A DNA stretch of 63,998 nt, counting the filler, from Asterionella formosa (taxonomy: Eukaryota): NCBI GenBank assembly GCA_002256025.1. It is 7 parts of 7 records of this genome, joined end to end, with 100 filler letters (N's around TTAATTAATTAA, not from the genome) between each part and the next. Parts side by side here need not be neighbours in the genome. Positions count along the whole stretch, not along the records: positions 9,196 to 18,286 come from NKIB01011154.1; positions 18,387 to 27,468 come from NKIB01011174.1; 5 more parts are not named here. One strand, 5' to 3'. Positions within the stretch are counted from its first letter, which is position 1, and every line of letters begins with the position of its first letter. Below are positions 11,111-22,278 of this stretch, one piece after another. The notes below the pieces were generated by a model, which was given only the letters and a program-made list of their open reading frames with translations, ran no database searches and was not told the DNA's origin. The translations under genes and the position numbers were made by a program.

Positions 11111-11148
11111 ATTGGCTTTGGTATTTGGTCGATGCGGTGACGATGCTC
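11111..11148 (-). mobile_element. Harbinger right terminal inverted repeat followed by TTA target triplet
   Basis: ...GGTGACGATGCTC|TTA, with a subterminal copy ATTTGGTCGATGCGGTG at ~11025-11041. Confidence 0.7.
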
Positions 11149-11414
11149 TTAGAGAAAGGGGGTACATTTGAGCAATTGAACAGGAAACTATAGCAGGAGT
11201 CAAAAATTCCCTGTACAAACTTCTATTTCCTATGCAACTGATAATTGACAGAGGGAGTATGAAAGCTGAATATGGTACTGGCAATAACCATCATAACCAG
11301 GCATTCAGCATATGCTATGTACATTACATGTATTGCAGTCAAGTTACTGGACTAGACTACCAGGTACCTTCACTGCTAGGCGCAATAATGAATCTCAATC
11401 ATGAAATTTCCTTA

Positions 11415-13064
11415 CTACAAATGCTCGTAAAAGAGCTTCTCTATTTCATCACCAGGAGCCAAACCCTCTTGTCCATTGAGAAAATGGGGTCTTGTCTTGT
11501 TTTTGAGTTCATCCCAGTTTGGGCATGCACATAGGTGTCGGTCCTTGAGGTTTGGATCATTTACTTTCACATACATGTTACCAAAATCAGCTTCCATGGA
11601 GTAATCAAACAAAACTGGTATTCGAATCATGGACTGTGCATCAATTGTGAATGCCAGGGTCCCACGGTAATATTCTGCTGATAAGGATAGTGCTTCCCAT
11701 TTCTCGGGAGTAAATGTAGCAACAATGGCTATATCAGTAATCGCCATAGCCGAAATAACAGTAGGAGGTATCTCAAAAGTGCCAACATAAACACCATTGT
11801 GCTTGAATGTGCCTCGTCCCATATCAACTGCCACGTCAAAGTGATTAGGATTCATGACACTGGCGAGGATCTCAAAATTGCCTTCAATTGACAATGATGT
11901 CATGCTATCGACGAGAGACTTCCAAGCTACTGAATCATTGCAGATGTTATATTTTGGAATCTTGGGATAGTATCGAACCGAACAGACCGCAACGGCAAGA
12001 ATAGTGAGAACGTTGACAATGTAACACGCCCTGCATGCATTGAACAAACAGTCCATGTGTTTGGTGCCTCTACCTCTGGCACAACGCAACTGTGATCGAT
12101 GCAATGGAGGTTGCCTAGGATCCACGTCATGTAGCAGGTTGTAGTCGTCGGCTGACTCAACATCTTCGTCGCGCAAGAGGGCAGTGTTTTCACCGTTTGA
12201 CTCCAAGATTTCCTCAACAACTCCATCTTGTTGAGTTTCAACAGGAGTGGTTGACGGCAACTGCGGCTGTGTCTGGTTGTCCTGGGGAGCATTGTGCATT
12301 GCAGCCTCCACTAAATCGTCGTATGCTCCCTTGACACCTCCCGCAACACAAAACCCCAGAGTCGAACAACAGAAACAAATTGTACTAAGGAACAAAATGG
12401 CCAACATGGGACCAAAGCCCATCTCTTGAAACGTCATCGCACTGACAGCTACTGGTTCTTTTCTGCGGCAGCGATCATCCGAATAGCAATTCACACCCGT
12501 CAAGCAACCATAGATTGATCCGACCGCATGACACGCGTTGTCGCTACCACACCAGTGGCATCCAATTGACGACAATGCACATTCCCCGCAGTTTGTGTGA
12601 GCACCACAGCCCTTGTCTTCCTTGTGTGGTTCCGTCTTGTTTGCGCACGAAGCGCCTTCAAGGCATCCATAGTAACTGCCCTTTTCATGACACGCATTGT
12701 CGTGGCTACACCAGTGACACCAGCTCGAAGCCTTGGAGCACTCATCACACGACTTGTGGGTACTACACGAGTTGTCAGCCTTGTCGCTGTTTCCATCAAA
12801 GGGCCAGATGGAATATTCGAGATCGCCTCTTTGTTCGTGCAGGCCATTTGGTTGCTCGGTCAGCGAAGGGTGATCTGGAACGCTCGCATCACGAATCAGT
12901 GATTCGTAGTGGGACTGCTCAATGGCACTGGTGACAGCAGCGAAGAAAAACGTACTAATCAGCGACAGAAACAGCATTTCGCCAAGCGGTTTTGCTGACT
13001 TCTTCCGGGGAAGCTGCGTCGTAAGACGATGGTATCTCTTGGGTGTTTGACGAGCTAATACCAT
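11415..13064 (-). CDS. Membrane protein with PSI-like Cys-rich repeats, two further TM helices and a C-terminal LEA_2-like domain
   Basis: 549-aa ORF with an N-terminal hydrophobic segment, two C..C..CHWC..DNACH repeats, TM segments, and a ASVMNPNHFDVAVDMGRGTFKHNGVYVG LEA_2-type motif. Confidence 0.75.
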   Translation of the reverse strand: MVLARQTPKRYHRLTTQLPRKKSAKPLGEMLFLSLISTFFFAAVTSAIEQSHYESLIRDASVPDHPSLTEQPNGLHEQRGDLEYSIWPFDGNSDKADNSCSTHKSCDECSKASSWCHWCSHDNACHEKGSYYGCLEGASCANKTEPHKEDKGCGAHTNCGECALSSIGCHWCGSDNACHAVGSIYGCLTGVNCYSDDRCRRKEPVAVSAMTFQEMGFGPMLAILFLSTICFCCSTLGFCVAGGVKGAYDDLVEAAMHNAPQDNQTQPQLPSTTPVETQQDGVVEEILESNGENTALLRDEDVESADDYNLLHDVDPRQPPLHRSQLRCARGRGTKHMDCLFNACRACYIVNVLTILAVAVCSVRYYPKIPKYNICNDSVAWKSLVDSMTSLSIEGNFEILASVMNPNHFDVAVDMGRGTFKHNGVYVGTFEIPPTVISAMAITDIAIVATFTPEKWEALSLSAEYYRGTLAFTIDAQSMIRIPVLFDYSMEADFGNMYVKVNDPNLKDRHLCACPNWDELKNKTRPHFLNGQEGLAPGDEIEKLFYEHL

Positions 13065-14383
13065 GGTGAAGGGGTTGAATTCTTTCGTTTGTTCTTATTA
13101 CCTCGTTCTTTCACGACTCTTGCTTGAAATCGCGTCGATGAAGTATGGTACCAGGTAGGTACTGTACATGGTGGTACCAGTAGTCTACCCTGGTACCTGG
13201 GACATACGGAAAACGTGCTTGTACACATGAAAGTGAATTTTCTTTGATACCCGTTTCAAAATTTGTCACAAAAACTGAAGGCGTTATATGTTAACGTCCT
13301 TTGGGATGGGCTGGCAGGGGAAAATGCATGCATGCCGGCCTTCCCACCTAGGAAACTTTGAACTAAAGCAGGAAACTGACATCTTGCTTAAACTTAAGCA
13401 GCGAATGTCAATCTTGCTTAAACTTTAACAAGCAGCAAGCATGAGTCTTGCTTAAACTTAAGCAGCAATTGAACTTCTAAGAACATTAGGCTTAGGGATG
13501 TCTTTTTTCAGCCTACCAGTACCTGGTAGCAAGGTGGAGGGGAGCTTATGCAACAACAGTGTTCAGAAGTAAAATTCTCCTGGAAAACCTAAATGTTCCT
13601 GTCAGCCCATCAACTGTGATGTAGGACAACAAAAATATAATGAAAATGCAAAATATTTTTATTACATTACAGCTACTATTTTTACAAATAAAATAGTATG
13701 ATTCCTATATGGGAATTAGTTAGTTTTTATAGCAATTGTGGACTCAATTAAAATGTACTTAGAGTATGGTGACTTGGCTGGTGGTGGAAACAACAATATG
13801 ACAATTGTGCAACCCACTCCCAAGCTGTCTAAACCCACTAAACCACACATCCTGTTGCTTTACCATCGTACCATGAGGATGGGTAACCATCTAGTCCTCA
13901 TAGGCATCCCTAACTAAACCCTTAAAGGGCTTGTTTACTCCAATGTCCAAAACTTGAAGTTTTGATGTGTAGCCATCACAAATGTAAGCCAGAGCTGTGC
14001 CACAATCCTGAATCACATTGAGACTTGGCACCATTAAATGCACCTTAAACTCATCCATTAGAAGGTAAGTCGCTGACTGCTAACTTCAACTTGATAATGT
14101 CAAGCAACCTACTTTGTACACAGGAAGAGACCAACTACCGGTACTGGTGTACAAATCATGTTTACTTTTCATATTTGAATAAGGATGGAAACGCATCTTT
14201 TCGTTATTGGGATAGTAAACGCAATGCCTTTTATGTTCATACTACCGGGAGTAACAGCACAGAGGTACCTGGTACTCCGTATATGAAAAAAACTGTGAAA
14301 TGGACATTGATGCCTGAAAAAATAATTGCTATCTACTTCTTTATATTTCTACCATGATGTACTATCGTAAAAATGCTGACTTC

Positions 14384-14531
14384 AGCTTGCTGACTACTGA
14401 CTGCGGACTTCGTTTTGCTGACTGCTGACTGCTGGCTTGGCTGATTCGCTGAAAATTTGAAAAAATCGCTGACTGCTGACTGATGATATGAAATCGCTGA
14501 CTGCTGACTTCAACTGCTTGCTGCTGACTTA
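14384..14531 (+). repeat. Degenerate (GCTGACT)n array
   Basis: Multiple CTGACTG/GCTGACT units. Confidence 0.7.
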
Positions 14532-15750
14532 AAGTTCATTTTGACAAGAAAACGACTAACGGCTTAACGTCGATGTAAACAACTATTTAAAGAATAACGT
14601 AGTAGCGCAAAATTCAGGGGTTCGACAATTTTTGGGGGTGTACCCCTGCCTCTTCTCGTATGTGAATCGATGAACAGAAAATGAGCAACCTGCACGCTAT
14701 GTGCGCTGATTACCGGACCTTCCAGTATACATGTAAGCCAGTATATTAGTAATATTAATGCTATGTTTATGCTTCCTACATTCTAAGTAGTTGTCAAGAC
14801 GGCATCCTACGTTATGGTAACTTCGGAATAAAGGTACCAAAACTTAATGCATTTAGGTAACTTATTGGGATATGGGCAGAGAATCCCTGCTGGGTTTTTC
14901 ACTCCCATTACCATGGCTTTCTAGATTTACCAAAACACAAAACACAGTTTGATTCTTGTTTTGGTCCACCATTTGCAACGGCCTTAGTCCTATGCTAAAT
15001 GTGAACCAAAACCCAAAAATGTAATTTTATTTTGGCTTTGGTTCAAAAGACGGAAAAATCATGCTAAAGGTTTATGGTAAAACCTAAACGCTGTCAGCCA
15101 CCCATTGACAGGGACATCGGATAATAAAAATATTATTAAGAACGTAAAAAATTAATTTCAGACCAAACTTACAGATGAAATGGTATGATTTCATTTTGGG
15201 AATTAGTTATTAGTTTTTACCGCAATTGTGGACTTATCATGATTGTCAACAATAAATATGTGTCTGGGACAGGTGGTAACAACGAAATGACAATGATGAT
15301 ACAATGATTCGAAAAAGATAAAGAATTAGGTTCCAGATGTGAAAGATAGTGATGTTGTAAATATAAGTCGATGAGAGATGCTGCTGGCAGATCGCGAAGA
15401 GAAAAGGCATAAGGAGCATGGAAGGAGCAGCAAACGAACGCATCACCATGAGAATGACTATTCATCACCAAGCAAACAGCAAACCCCAACCATGATGGAT
15501 ATGTCGATGCTCAATTTTCAAGCAGCACAAACTTGAAATGGAAAAACTGATGAGATTGTTGCTCATCTTGATCTATATGAGAGATTCAAGCACATACTCC
15601 CTGAAGGCAGATATCTGCAGCTATTTTGAGTTGTTTCGATAATCTAACTTCCCTACAAACTTATGATGTCGTTGAGAGTACAAGTATTTTGACTGACAAA
15701 AGTGTTGTCAGTGCAACAAGTGTCTTTGGAAATGAGCTCACTCCAACAAA

Positions 15751-16270
15751 TATAGCAGAAGAATCTGCATACGAGCAGAGTGAGAAAGATCTTGACCGGT
15801 CATTCCAGGGCAGTACTGGTACTGGAGCGCGCAAGAGTAGGCGCCATATGTTTCAACATGGTAGCGGGCTCGTTAGTACAAGTGATACGAGGAAGTACGT
15901 GAAAACCAGAGGTCGACAGTTCGAGTCCTCAGCAAGAACAGAAAGAAAAGAAAGAGAAAAGAAAAACAGAGACGAAGAAAACGAGAGGGCACTATGAGAA
16001 TTCCTGTAGGAAAGGATGTGTCGAGCATACACATTGGGATGATGTGGTATGTCGAGCATCAACAGGGGAGGGTGTCAGAGTGTGTCTGTTAGGCTGTTGA
16101 TGTCGACAGGTGTCCGAAGACTAGGTAGTCTGAGGAATGTCTAAACGGGAATAGACAGGATTTTTATAGCAGAAGAATCTGCAGACGAGCGGCGTGAGAA
16201 AGATCTTGACCGGTCATTCCAGGGCAGTACTGGAGCTCGCCAGAGTAGGCGCCATATATTTCAACATGGG
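15751..16270 (+). repeat. ~110-bp direct repeat (15751-15862 and 16165-16270)
   Basis: TATAGCAGAAGAATCTGCA.ACGAGC...GTGAGAAAGATCTTGACCGGTCATTCCAGGGCAGTACTGG...GAGTAGGCGCCATAT.TTTCAACATGG occurs twice. Confidence 0.85.
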
Positions 16271-17353
16271 ATTGCCGGCACGTGGTACCAGGGAAGCGGT
16301 CTGGTACTGTGAACAGACGAAAGAAACGGAAAATCAAGAGCAATGCCTTTTAAACTTTATGCCTCTGTGTCGATCGTGGATGTTCCTCGGTCTTTAGATG
16401 GCATCGAAGTCCATCCCATGTACCGGTATCAGTTATAGTATAATGATGAATTCAAATATTTGTTGCTGCCAAATGATTTATGGTCGGAAATAATTTCTCG
16501 CAGACAAGAGGAGGAGGACACCGTCCGGAATGTCGATGTTGTACTGGGTACACTTGACACTCCTACCAGGTATAGATGCGACCTATCAACAGCAAGTTGA
16601 AGCAAGGTGAGAAACGTATGTTGCTTTGTTTCCCTTCACTAAAACCGTCTTCTAAAGCAACTCCAATGTACCGTATGTTTGTACGAGCTACCAGCGTGCC
16701 CCAGGTCGTAATCTTCTACCTAACAACGATACCAGCGGTACGACCTGACTTATTCATGGTGTAGTTAGTAATGTACTTGTAATCCATAGCAATAATTTTA
16801 ACACTCATTCCATACTGTACATGCAAATATTTTCTACTACGACCGGTATGCTTATGTAACGATATGTGAGTAGCCTTGACCTATCTACACTTGTCAAGGT
16901 GAATACTTGGACGGGTGGCAACCCTGGTACCTACTCAATCTTGGTCTAAATGACCACAACTGAGATGCCTGCCTAATATTTCGCTTCCAGGAGGTTCTAA
17001 TCTTAAATACATAGAGTTTACAGTCATGATCTCCGAGATCGGACATTCGGTCATCGATCATTTCTATTTTGTGACGTTTATGGTTTTGTCGGCGATACAT
17101 ATGTTTACAAGAATGTCCGATCTTTCGCATTTATTTCACACACAACTATTTATTGTAGCAGTTTATTTGTTTTAAACGGCGACAAATCGATTGTTTTGAA
17201 TCTTATTTGAAGGTCGTTGCTGCAAACATACGATCACTTCTTTAAGTTTCCAAACTGACAGCAGTCGTTCATTCAAAACGAAATATTGGCCCACTGCAAG
17301 ATCTCAAAACAAACTCACAATAAGTAAGGTATTCTCCTTCATCAATAGTAGTC

Positions 17354-18286
17354 ATGAACCTTCTGGTTGCTCTGTTGTTGGCATTTTCAACAGTCAGTGC
17401 GCATACCGTTCCGCGTGTTTATGATGGAAGAAGAACAGTAGTGGATCCTAATTGTTGCTCCTATAACTTGAAAGACTGCTATTATGCCTCGAAGGACGCC
17501 AATTGGTGCGCTATGACTTGGCAGAACTGTGTGAAGTGTACAGGCTCGTGGATCAATCCTGCAAATCGCACTACATGCATTCCTCTTTGGGGTGACTGTA
17601 CAAGTCTTCCGGAAAGTTTAGAACGTACCGTCAACGATACATGCTGTGGACAATCTACCTGTACGCGAGTCACCCAGTGGTACAAGCAATGTCAACCTCC
17701 TCAGTTCTGTTGCTCGTGGGATTTGGCTTCGTGTGGCGACAGCAAATGGTGCAACCAAAATGCACAGAATTGCGGTGTCTGCAACGGCTTCTTCCTTGAC
17801 CCAAGCACTCGTCGATCATGTACTCCTCGCTGGACTGGATGCACTGCATCAAGTGAATGCTGTACTGGAGGAGTTTGTGTTACTGATGCAACTGGCTGGA
17901 AGTATTGCGATGTCCCTTTGAATGGTCAACCAACTCTCCCTCCGACCAATGCACCTCCATCAACTCTTTCGCCAACCAAATCACCAACTCTCCCTCCAAC
18001 CAAATCACCGACTCTTCCTCCAGCCAATACACCTCCATCTACTCTTGCACCAACCAAATCACCTACTCTTGCACCAACCAATACACCTACCCTTCCGACT
18101 CCTCCGACCACATCTCGTCCAACAACAAAGCCTACAGCATCCCCTACTGGTGTACCCATAAATTTTGGACCTGTTCCAGCAGGCCCTTTCATCACTGTTT
18201 CCTCTACAAGAATCACTATCCCCAATCCAGCAAATCCTGTTGTCTCAGGTAGAACGCTGTGTCCTCATCTTGACACTGGTATTCTC
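17354..18286 (+). CDS. Secreted Cys-rich protein with CBM1-like modules and P/T-rich linker, 3' truncated by gap
   Basis: Signal peptide MNLLVALLLAFSTVSA, two CCS.L..C..WC..QNC..C.G modules, a CBM1-like WGDC...TC...QWYKQC segment, and PTKSPTLPP repeats. The frame is open into the N-gap. Confidence 0.75.
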
Positions 18287-18927
18287 NNNNNNNNNNNNNN
18301 NNNNNNNNNNNNNNNNNNNNNNNNNNNNNNTTAATTAATTAANNNNNNNNNNNNNNNNNNNNNNNNNNNNNNNNNNNNNNNNNNNNACCTGGTACTGGTA
18401 GCTCACCTAGTACACACCACTGCGATGATACTTTGAAGTCAACCGGCATCAGGTACCAGGGTACCTGGTACCAGATATGTGCATATTAGCAATACACATA
18501 GCGGGAAATCAACCAAATATGTAATTTTCATAGTTTATCATAAGTACAGTTTCTTATTATTTTAGGAGCCGTTTCAAGCGACCACTTTAAATTTCAATCA
18601 CATCATCTATTTGATTTATGCATGATCCCAGTGTTTGTCCCATTAATATTGGTTAGGAGTTCCTCACTTTTTCCTCTTGCTTCGCACAATTTCAATTTTC
18701 GCATCAGAATCAACTGACGAAACTGTAAGTCTCGACAGCTGTCCCCTCCATCGTGGCAACTAAATTCATGATATCTCATGTTTGCTAGACCAGCCGGGAA
18801 CTGTCTACAGGTTCAAATCGTTGTAACACTCGCTCCTGCTCACTCTCTAGCCTGTTTTGTACATAACAGCATATTTTCTTCAGTTCAATTTCGAAATATA
18901 ATCAAAATCTAGAATATTTGCTAAAAT

Positions 18928-19998
18928 ATGATATCCAATCATTCTTCTCTGCCTTCTGATGTTCTCCGAGAAAATGAGTTCAGGGATAATAAACCCCTGT
19001 TACTGTCGCAGTTGACAGTAAACAAGACGCCTGAATTTGCAGTTTCTGATTTGGACGATGTCAAGGATGATGAAGAATTCGAAGGTGAAGACGTCTTTGG
19101 TGTCAGCAAAGAGGAGCTTTATATCATTCGAAACAAGCTTGCGTCGGAATTTCCAGAGGATTACGAGTACTTGAGCGATGGATACATACTTTCCGTCGCA
19201 TCAAAGCCTTATTCGAAAGACCCTACTGTTCGCAGACCTCTTGAATACTCTCAGAAGAAGCTTAATGATGTCATGAAGTGGAGAGAGTCAGAGGATGCGG
19301 TTGGGATTCCAGATTTCGTCAAGCTTGCTAATGGTCCAGATAATTCTGTCGTAGCTGTATGTTTCCCCGAGCGCTTGACAAAAGCGAAGGCACTAGCAGC
19401 TTCTCTCAACAATGGATCTATTTACTTCCATGGAATGACTAAAGATGGAAAGCCTGTCATGTGGATTAGAACCAATCGCAAGCCTTGGTTTCCAGATGTT
19501 GACGCTGATGCCAACGCTCTCATTCTCCTTGCAGATGCCGGAATCCGCTGTATGCCCAAAGGTATCACCGACTTCGTTGTGATCGCCGACTCGAGCTCTC
19601 CACCCCCACCAAATCCGAATTTTATGATCAAGATGCTCAAGGCCTTGGTAAGGGGCTACCCCGATCGCCTTGCTCTACTTTGTTCTGCTCCTGTCTCCTC
19701 AATTGTCCAATTCGTCATGAATTTGCTTTTGCCCTTGATGCCCGGCCGACTTGCTTCTAAGGTTGTCCTGTTGGATATCGAATCAATGAAGATCAAGTTG
19801 TCAGCATTGATGGAGAATGGCGCAGATGATATCCCTAATTTCTTTGGAGGAAATTGCAATCATGATTTGTTGTATCCTGTTGAAGGCAAGTGTCCAAACC
19901 GAGGGCAAGGCTCTCTCAAGTTTGATTACTTTGGGATGGTGGAGCGTTTGGAACATACGAAGGCAGATTGGGAAGCAAAGCACGGTGAAGCCAAGTAA
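18928..19998 (+). CDS. CRAL-TRIO (Sec14-like) lipid-binding protein
   Basis: 356-aa ORF with IYFHGMTKDGKPVMWI, FVVIAD, RGYPDRL and IPNFFGG motifs. Confidence 0.8.
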   Translation: MISNHSSLPSDVLRENEFRDNKPLLLSQLTVNKTPEFAVSDLDDVKDDEEFEGEDVFGVSKEELYIIRNKLASEFPEDYEYLSDGYILSVASKPYSKDPTVRRPLEYSQKKLNDVMKWRESEDAVGIPDFVKLANGPDNSVVAVCFPERLTKAKALAASLNNGSIYFHGMTKDGKPVMWIRTNRKPWFPDVDADANALILLADAGIRCMPKGITDFVVIADSSSPPPPNPNFMIKMLKALVRGYPDRLALLCSAPVSSIVQFVMNLLLPLMPGRLASKVVLLDIESMKIKLSALMENGADDIPNFFGGNCNHDLLYPVEGKCPNRGQGSLKFDYFGMVERLEHTKADWEAKHGEAK

Positions 19999-20301
19999 GC
20001 AGGGAAAGCAAAGAATTAAGATTATTAACTGCAAGCAAACGAACGGCACGGTTCAATCACGATAAGGTATGTTGAAGATGCACACAATGTAGTACACGAC
20101 ATAAAAAGGGGGATAGCCTAATAGAGAAAAGTAGCAGGTGAATTGTGTATAGCAGTTTTGTCATTTATTAGCGTTAACAGTGGGATAGATTGGAGGGTAG
20201 AACCAGAAATATTAGAAAAAGAAGTAGACTCAGTCGAACGTTGTTTTGTTTCCTTGAAGTAGTGGACGAGCGGAACCATCCGATGAGAGATGCCAGTGAG
20301 A

Positions 20302-21312
20302 TCATCGTCGTGATACCACGTCGGCAACTCGTTGCAAGAAAGTCGTAATTTGATCCCGGTAATGAACCATGCAATGGAAGTATATCCAAGCAACTGAAAT
20401 AATCATCACGAAAGAAAGAAGTGGATCGTCCATTATCCCAGTCCGCTCCAAAGCAGCTCGGTATCGCCGAGATCCCCGGCGTTTATTGGGCTTGGATTCC
20501 TGTACACCATTTGCGTCGCACCATTGAGCATGGGCTCTGTTCGCGAATGACTTGAGATCACCATATCCTCCCCACTCGGCACAAGTGGTTGACTGCAAAA
20601 CATCTTGAACAGCGTCTGTCTCTGAATCTGCGAGTCCCAATAACTCATCTGGATGAGAGCAAGTCAATCCCACCAAAGATCGGCTCTCTCTATCATGATG
20701 TCGCCTCGTTTTGCTCCCTACGCCCATCGCTTCCATTATTAACTCCATTCCAGGTGCTGCTCGAACATTGTTTGCAACAGCTACCGTAATTCCCTCCACT
20801 AGAGTCCGTAATTCTACCGCCTGCGCCACATGTCGGGCAAGCGACTCTGCCACATTAACTTGCGCTCGATATCGTCGGTGCTTGGCAGCGTCATCCTCCT
20901 CACTGGCGGTCTCTGGGACCAGCGTGTCGATGACCAAGTAAAGTCTCGTGTCTTTCGACGAGGAATCTTTGACTTGCTGAATGTAGTCGCGGATAATGCT
21001 TTCTACAAAGACTCGAACGCTAGAGACCATTTGCGGTCTCCACAGAATGTAGAGCACACAGAAAGGTGGAAAGCTTTGACACTCACTGTTTTCACTAGTT
21101 GTTTCTACGGTATCCTCGGTTTGATCGCAAGCGAAATCGCAGAGGAAGAGAGTCGAATGGGTCATTTGCTCGATTTCACTTAGCATATAGAACCGTTCTG
21201 CCGAGTAGGTTGGCAATTGCTGTGTGTTGATGACTGTGACAGAGAGGGACTCGCCATCTTCTTTCATCTCCTTTGGCTTGAGTAAGCACGATGAAGAACC
21301 TGAGCGTCTCAT
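20302..21312 (-). CDS. Hypothetical protein with C-terminal TM anchor
   Basis: 336-aa ORF with coding-like composition and a hydrophobic LLSFVMIISVAWIYF segment near the C-terminus. Confidence 0.65.
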   Translation of the reverse strand: MRRSGSSSCLLKPKEMKEDGESLSVTVINTQQLPTYSAERFYMLSEIEQMTHSTLFLCDFACDQTEDTVETTSENSECQSFPPFCVLYILWRPQMVSSVRVFVESIIRDYIQQVKDSSSKDTRLYLVIDTLVPETASEEDDAAKHRRYRAQVNVAESLARHVAQAVELRTLVEGITVAVANNVRAAPGMELIMEAMGVGSKTRRHHDRESRSLVGLTCSHPDELLGLADSETDAVQDVLQSTTCAEWGGYGDLKSFANRAHAQWCDANGVQESKPNKRRGSRRYRAALERTGIMDDPLLSFVMIISVAWIYFHCMVHYRDQITTFLQRVADVVSRR

Positions 21313-22278
21313 CTGATTGATTGCTATATTGATCAGACCGCGTCTTCTGTAATTGCAGGGTCGTTCGTGAAGCGACTAATCAAGTGAAGTATCGGTAATA
21401 ATAGAAGCAAGGGAGGATGAACATCAAGGTGAAGAATTAGACGAAGGATCATCCTAACTACGCTATACGTATGTATACATACCACGCGATATGCCATATC
21501 GGTATGATCAAGTAGACGAGATTAAGAATCAGCCCATGTGCATGCGCGAGGTCAACTCCCGACAAATAATTGCTCAGGTCTGTACGTCGTATGTGCCGGA
21601 AAACATCCAGGGAGGGAATCAGGAATCTGTGGCTGCAACCCTTCACATATTTCACTATGACGTTAACCTGGCATCTGGTTGGTGTACATACTGTTACGTA
21701 AGAGTATGGTACCTGGTACCTATATCTGGTGCTGGTACCAGGTACCAGCTAGCTGGTACCCCTAGTACAGTAAAGAATACCTGTACATACACCGGTATCA
21801 TGTGGCAGCAGGATCGTCGTCAAGAACGCGCAGAATGGTGATCGTTCCTGAGCTACGTGTACTGGTCGTATCAGATATATACCGGTAGGAGTTGCTACTC
21901 CATCGTATACTATCATAGCTACACAGTACCAGGTATGCACTGCATTTTTTCCAACCCGAGCGACAGCAAACAAGAACAGAAAGCACGCTGGTGAGGAGAG
22001 AAACGTAAGGAGGAGTGCCAGGGTACCAGGTACCTACCGTATTCTGTACTCTACAGACATCGTGAGACTACCGGTAGACTAAACTAAACAACGCACTGGA
22101 ATTGTAGGGCTTTTCATAGCGGGCTTCGATCAGAATCGGTAGCATTCGAATCATTCCATCACACCTATCCAATTTCACCTTGCTGAAGAACAAACCAAGC
22201 GACACCAGAGAATCCTCAACCTCACCTAATCGTCATACCGTTACTTAAGCTACCAAGGTACCACTTCTCCCCTTTCAA

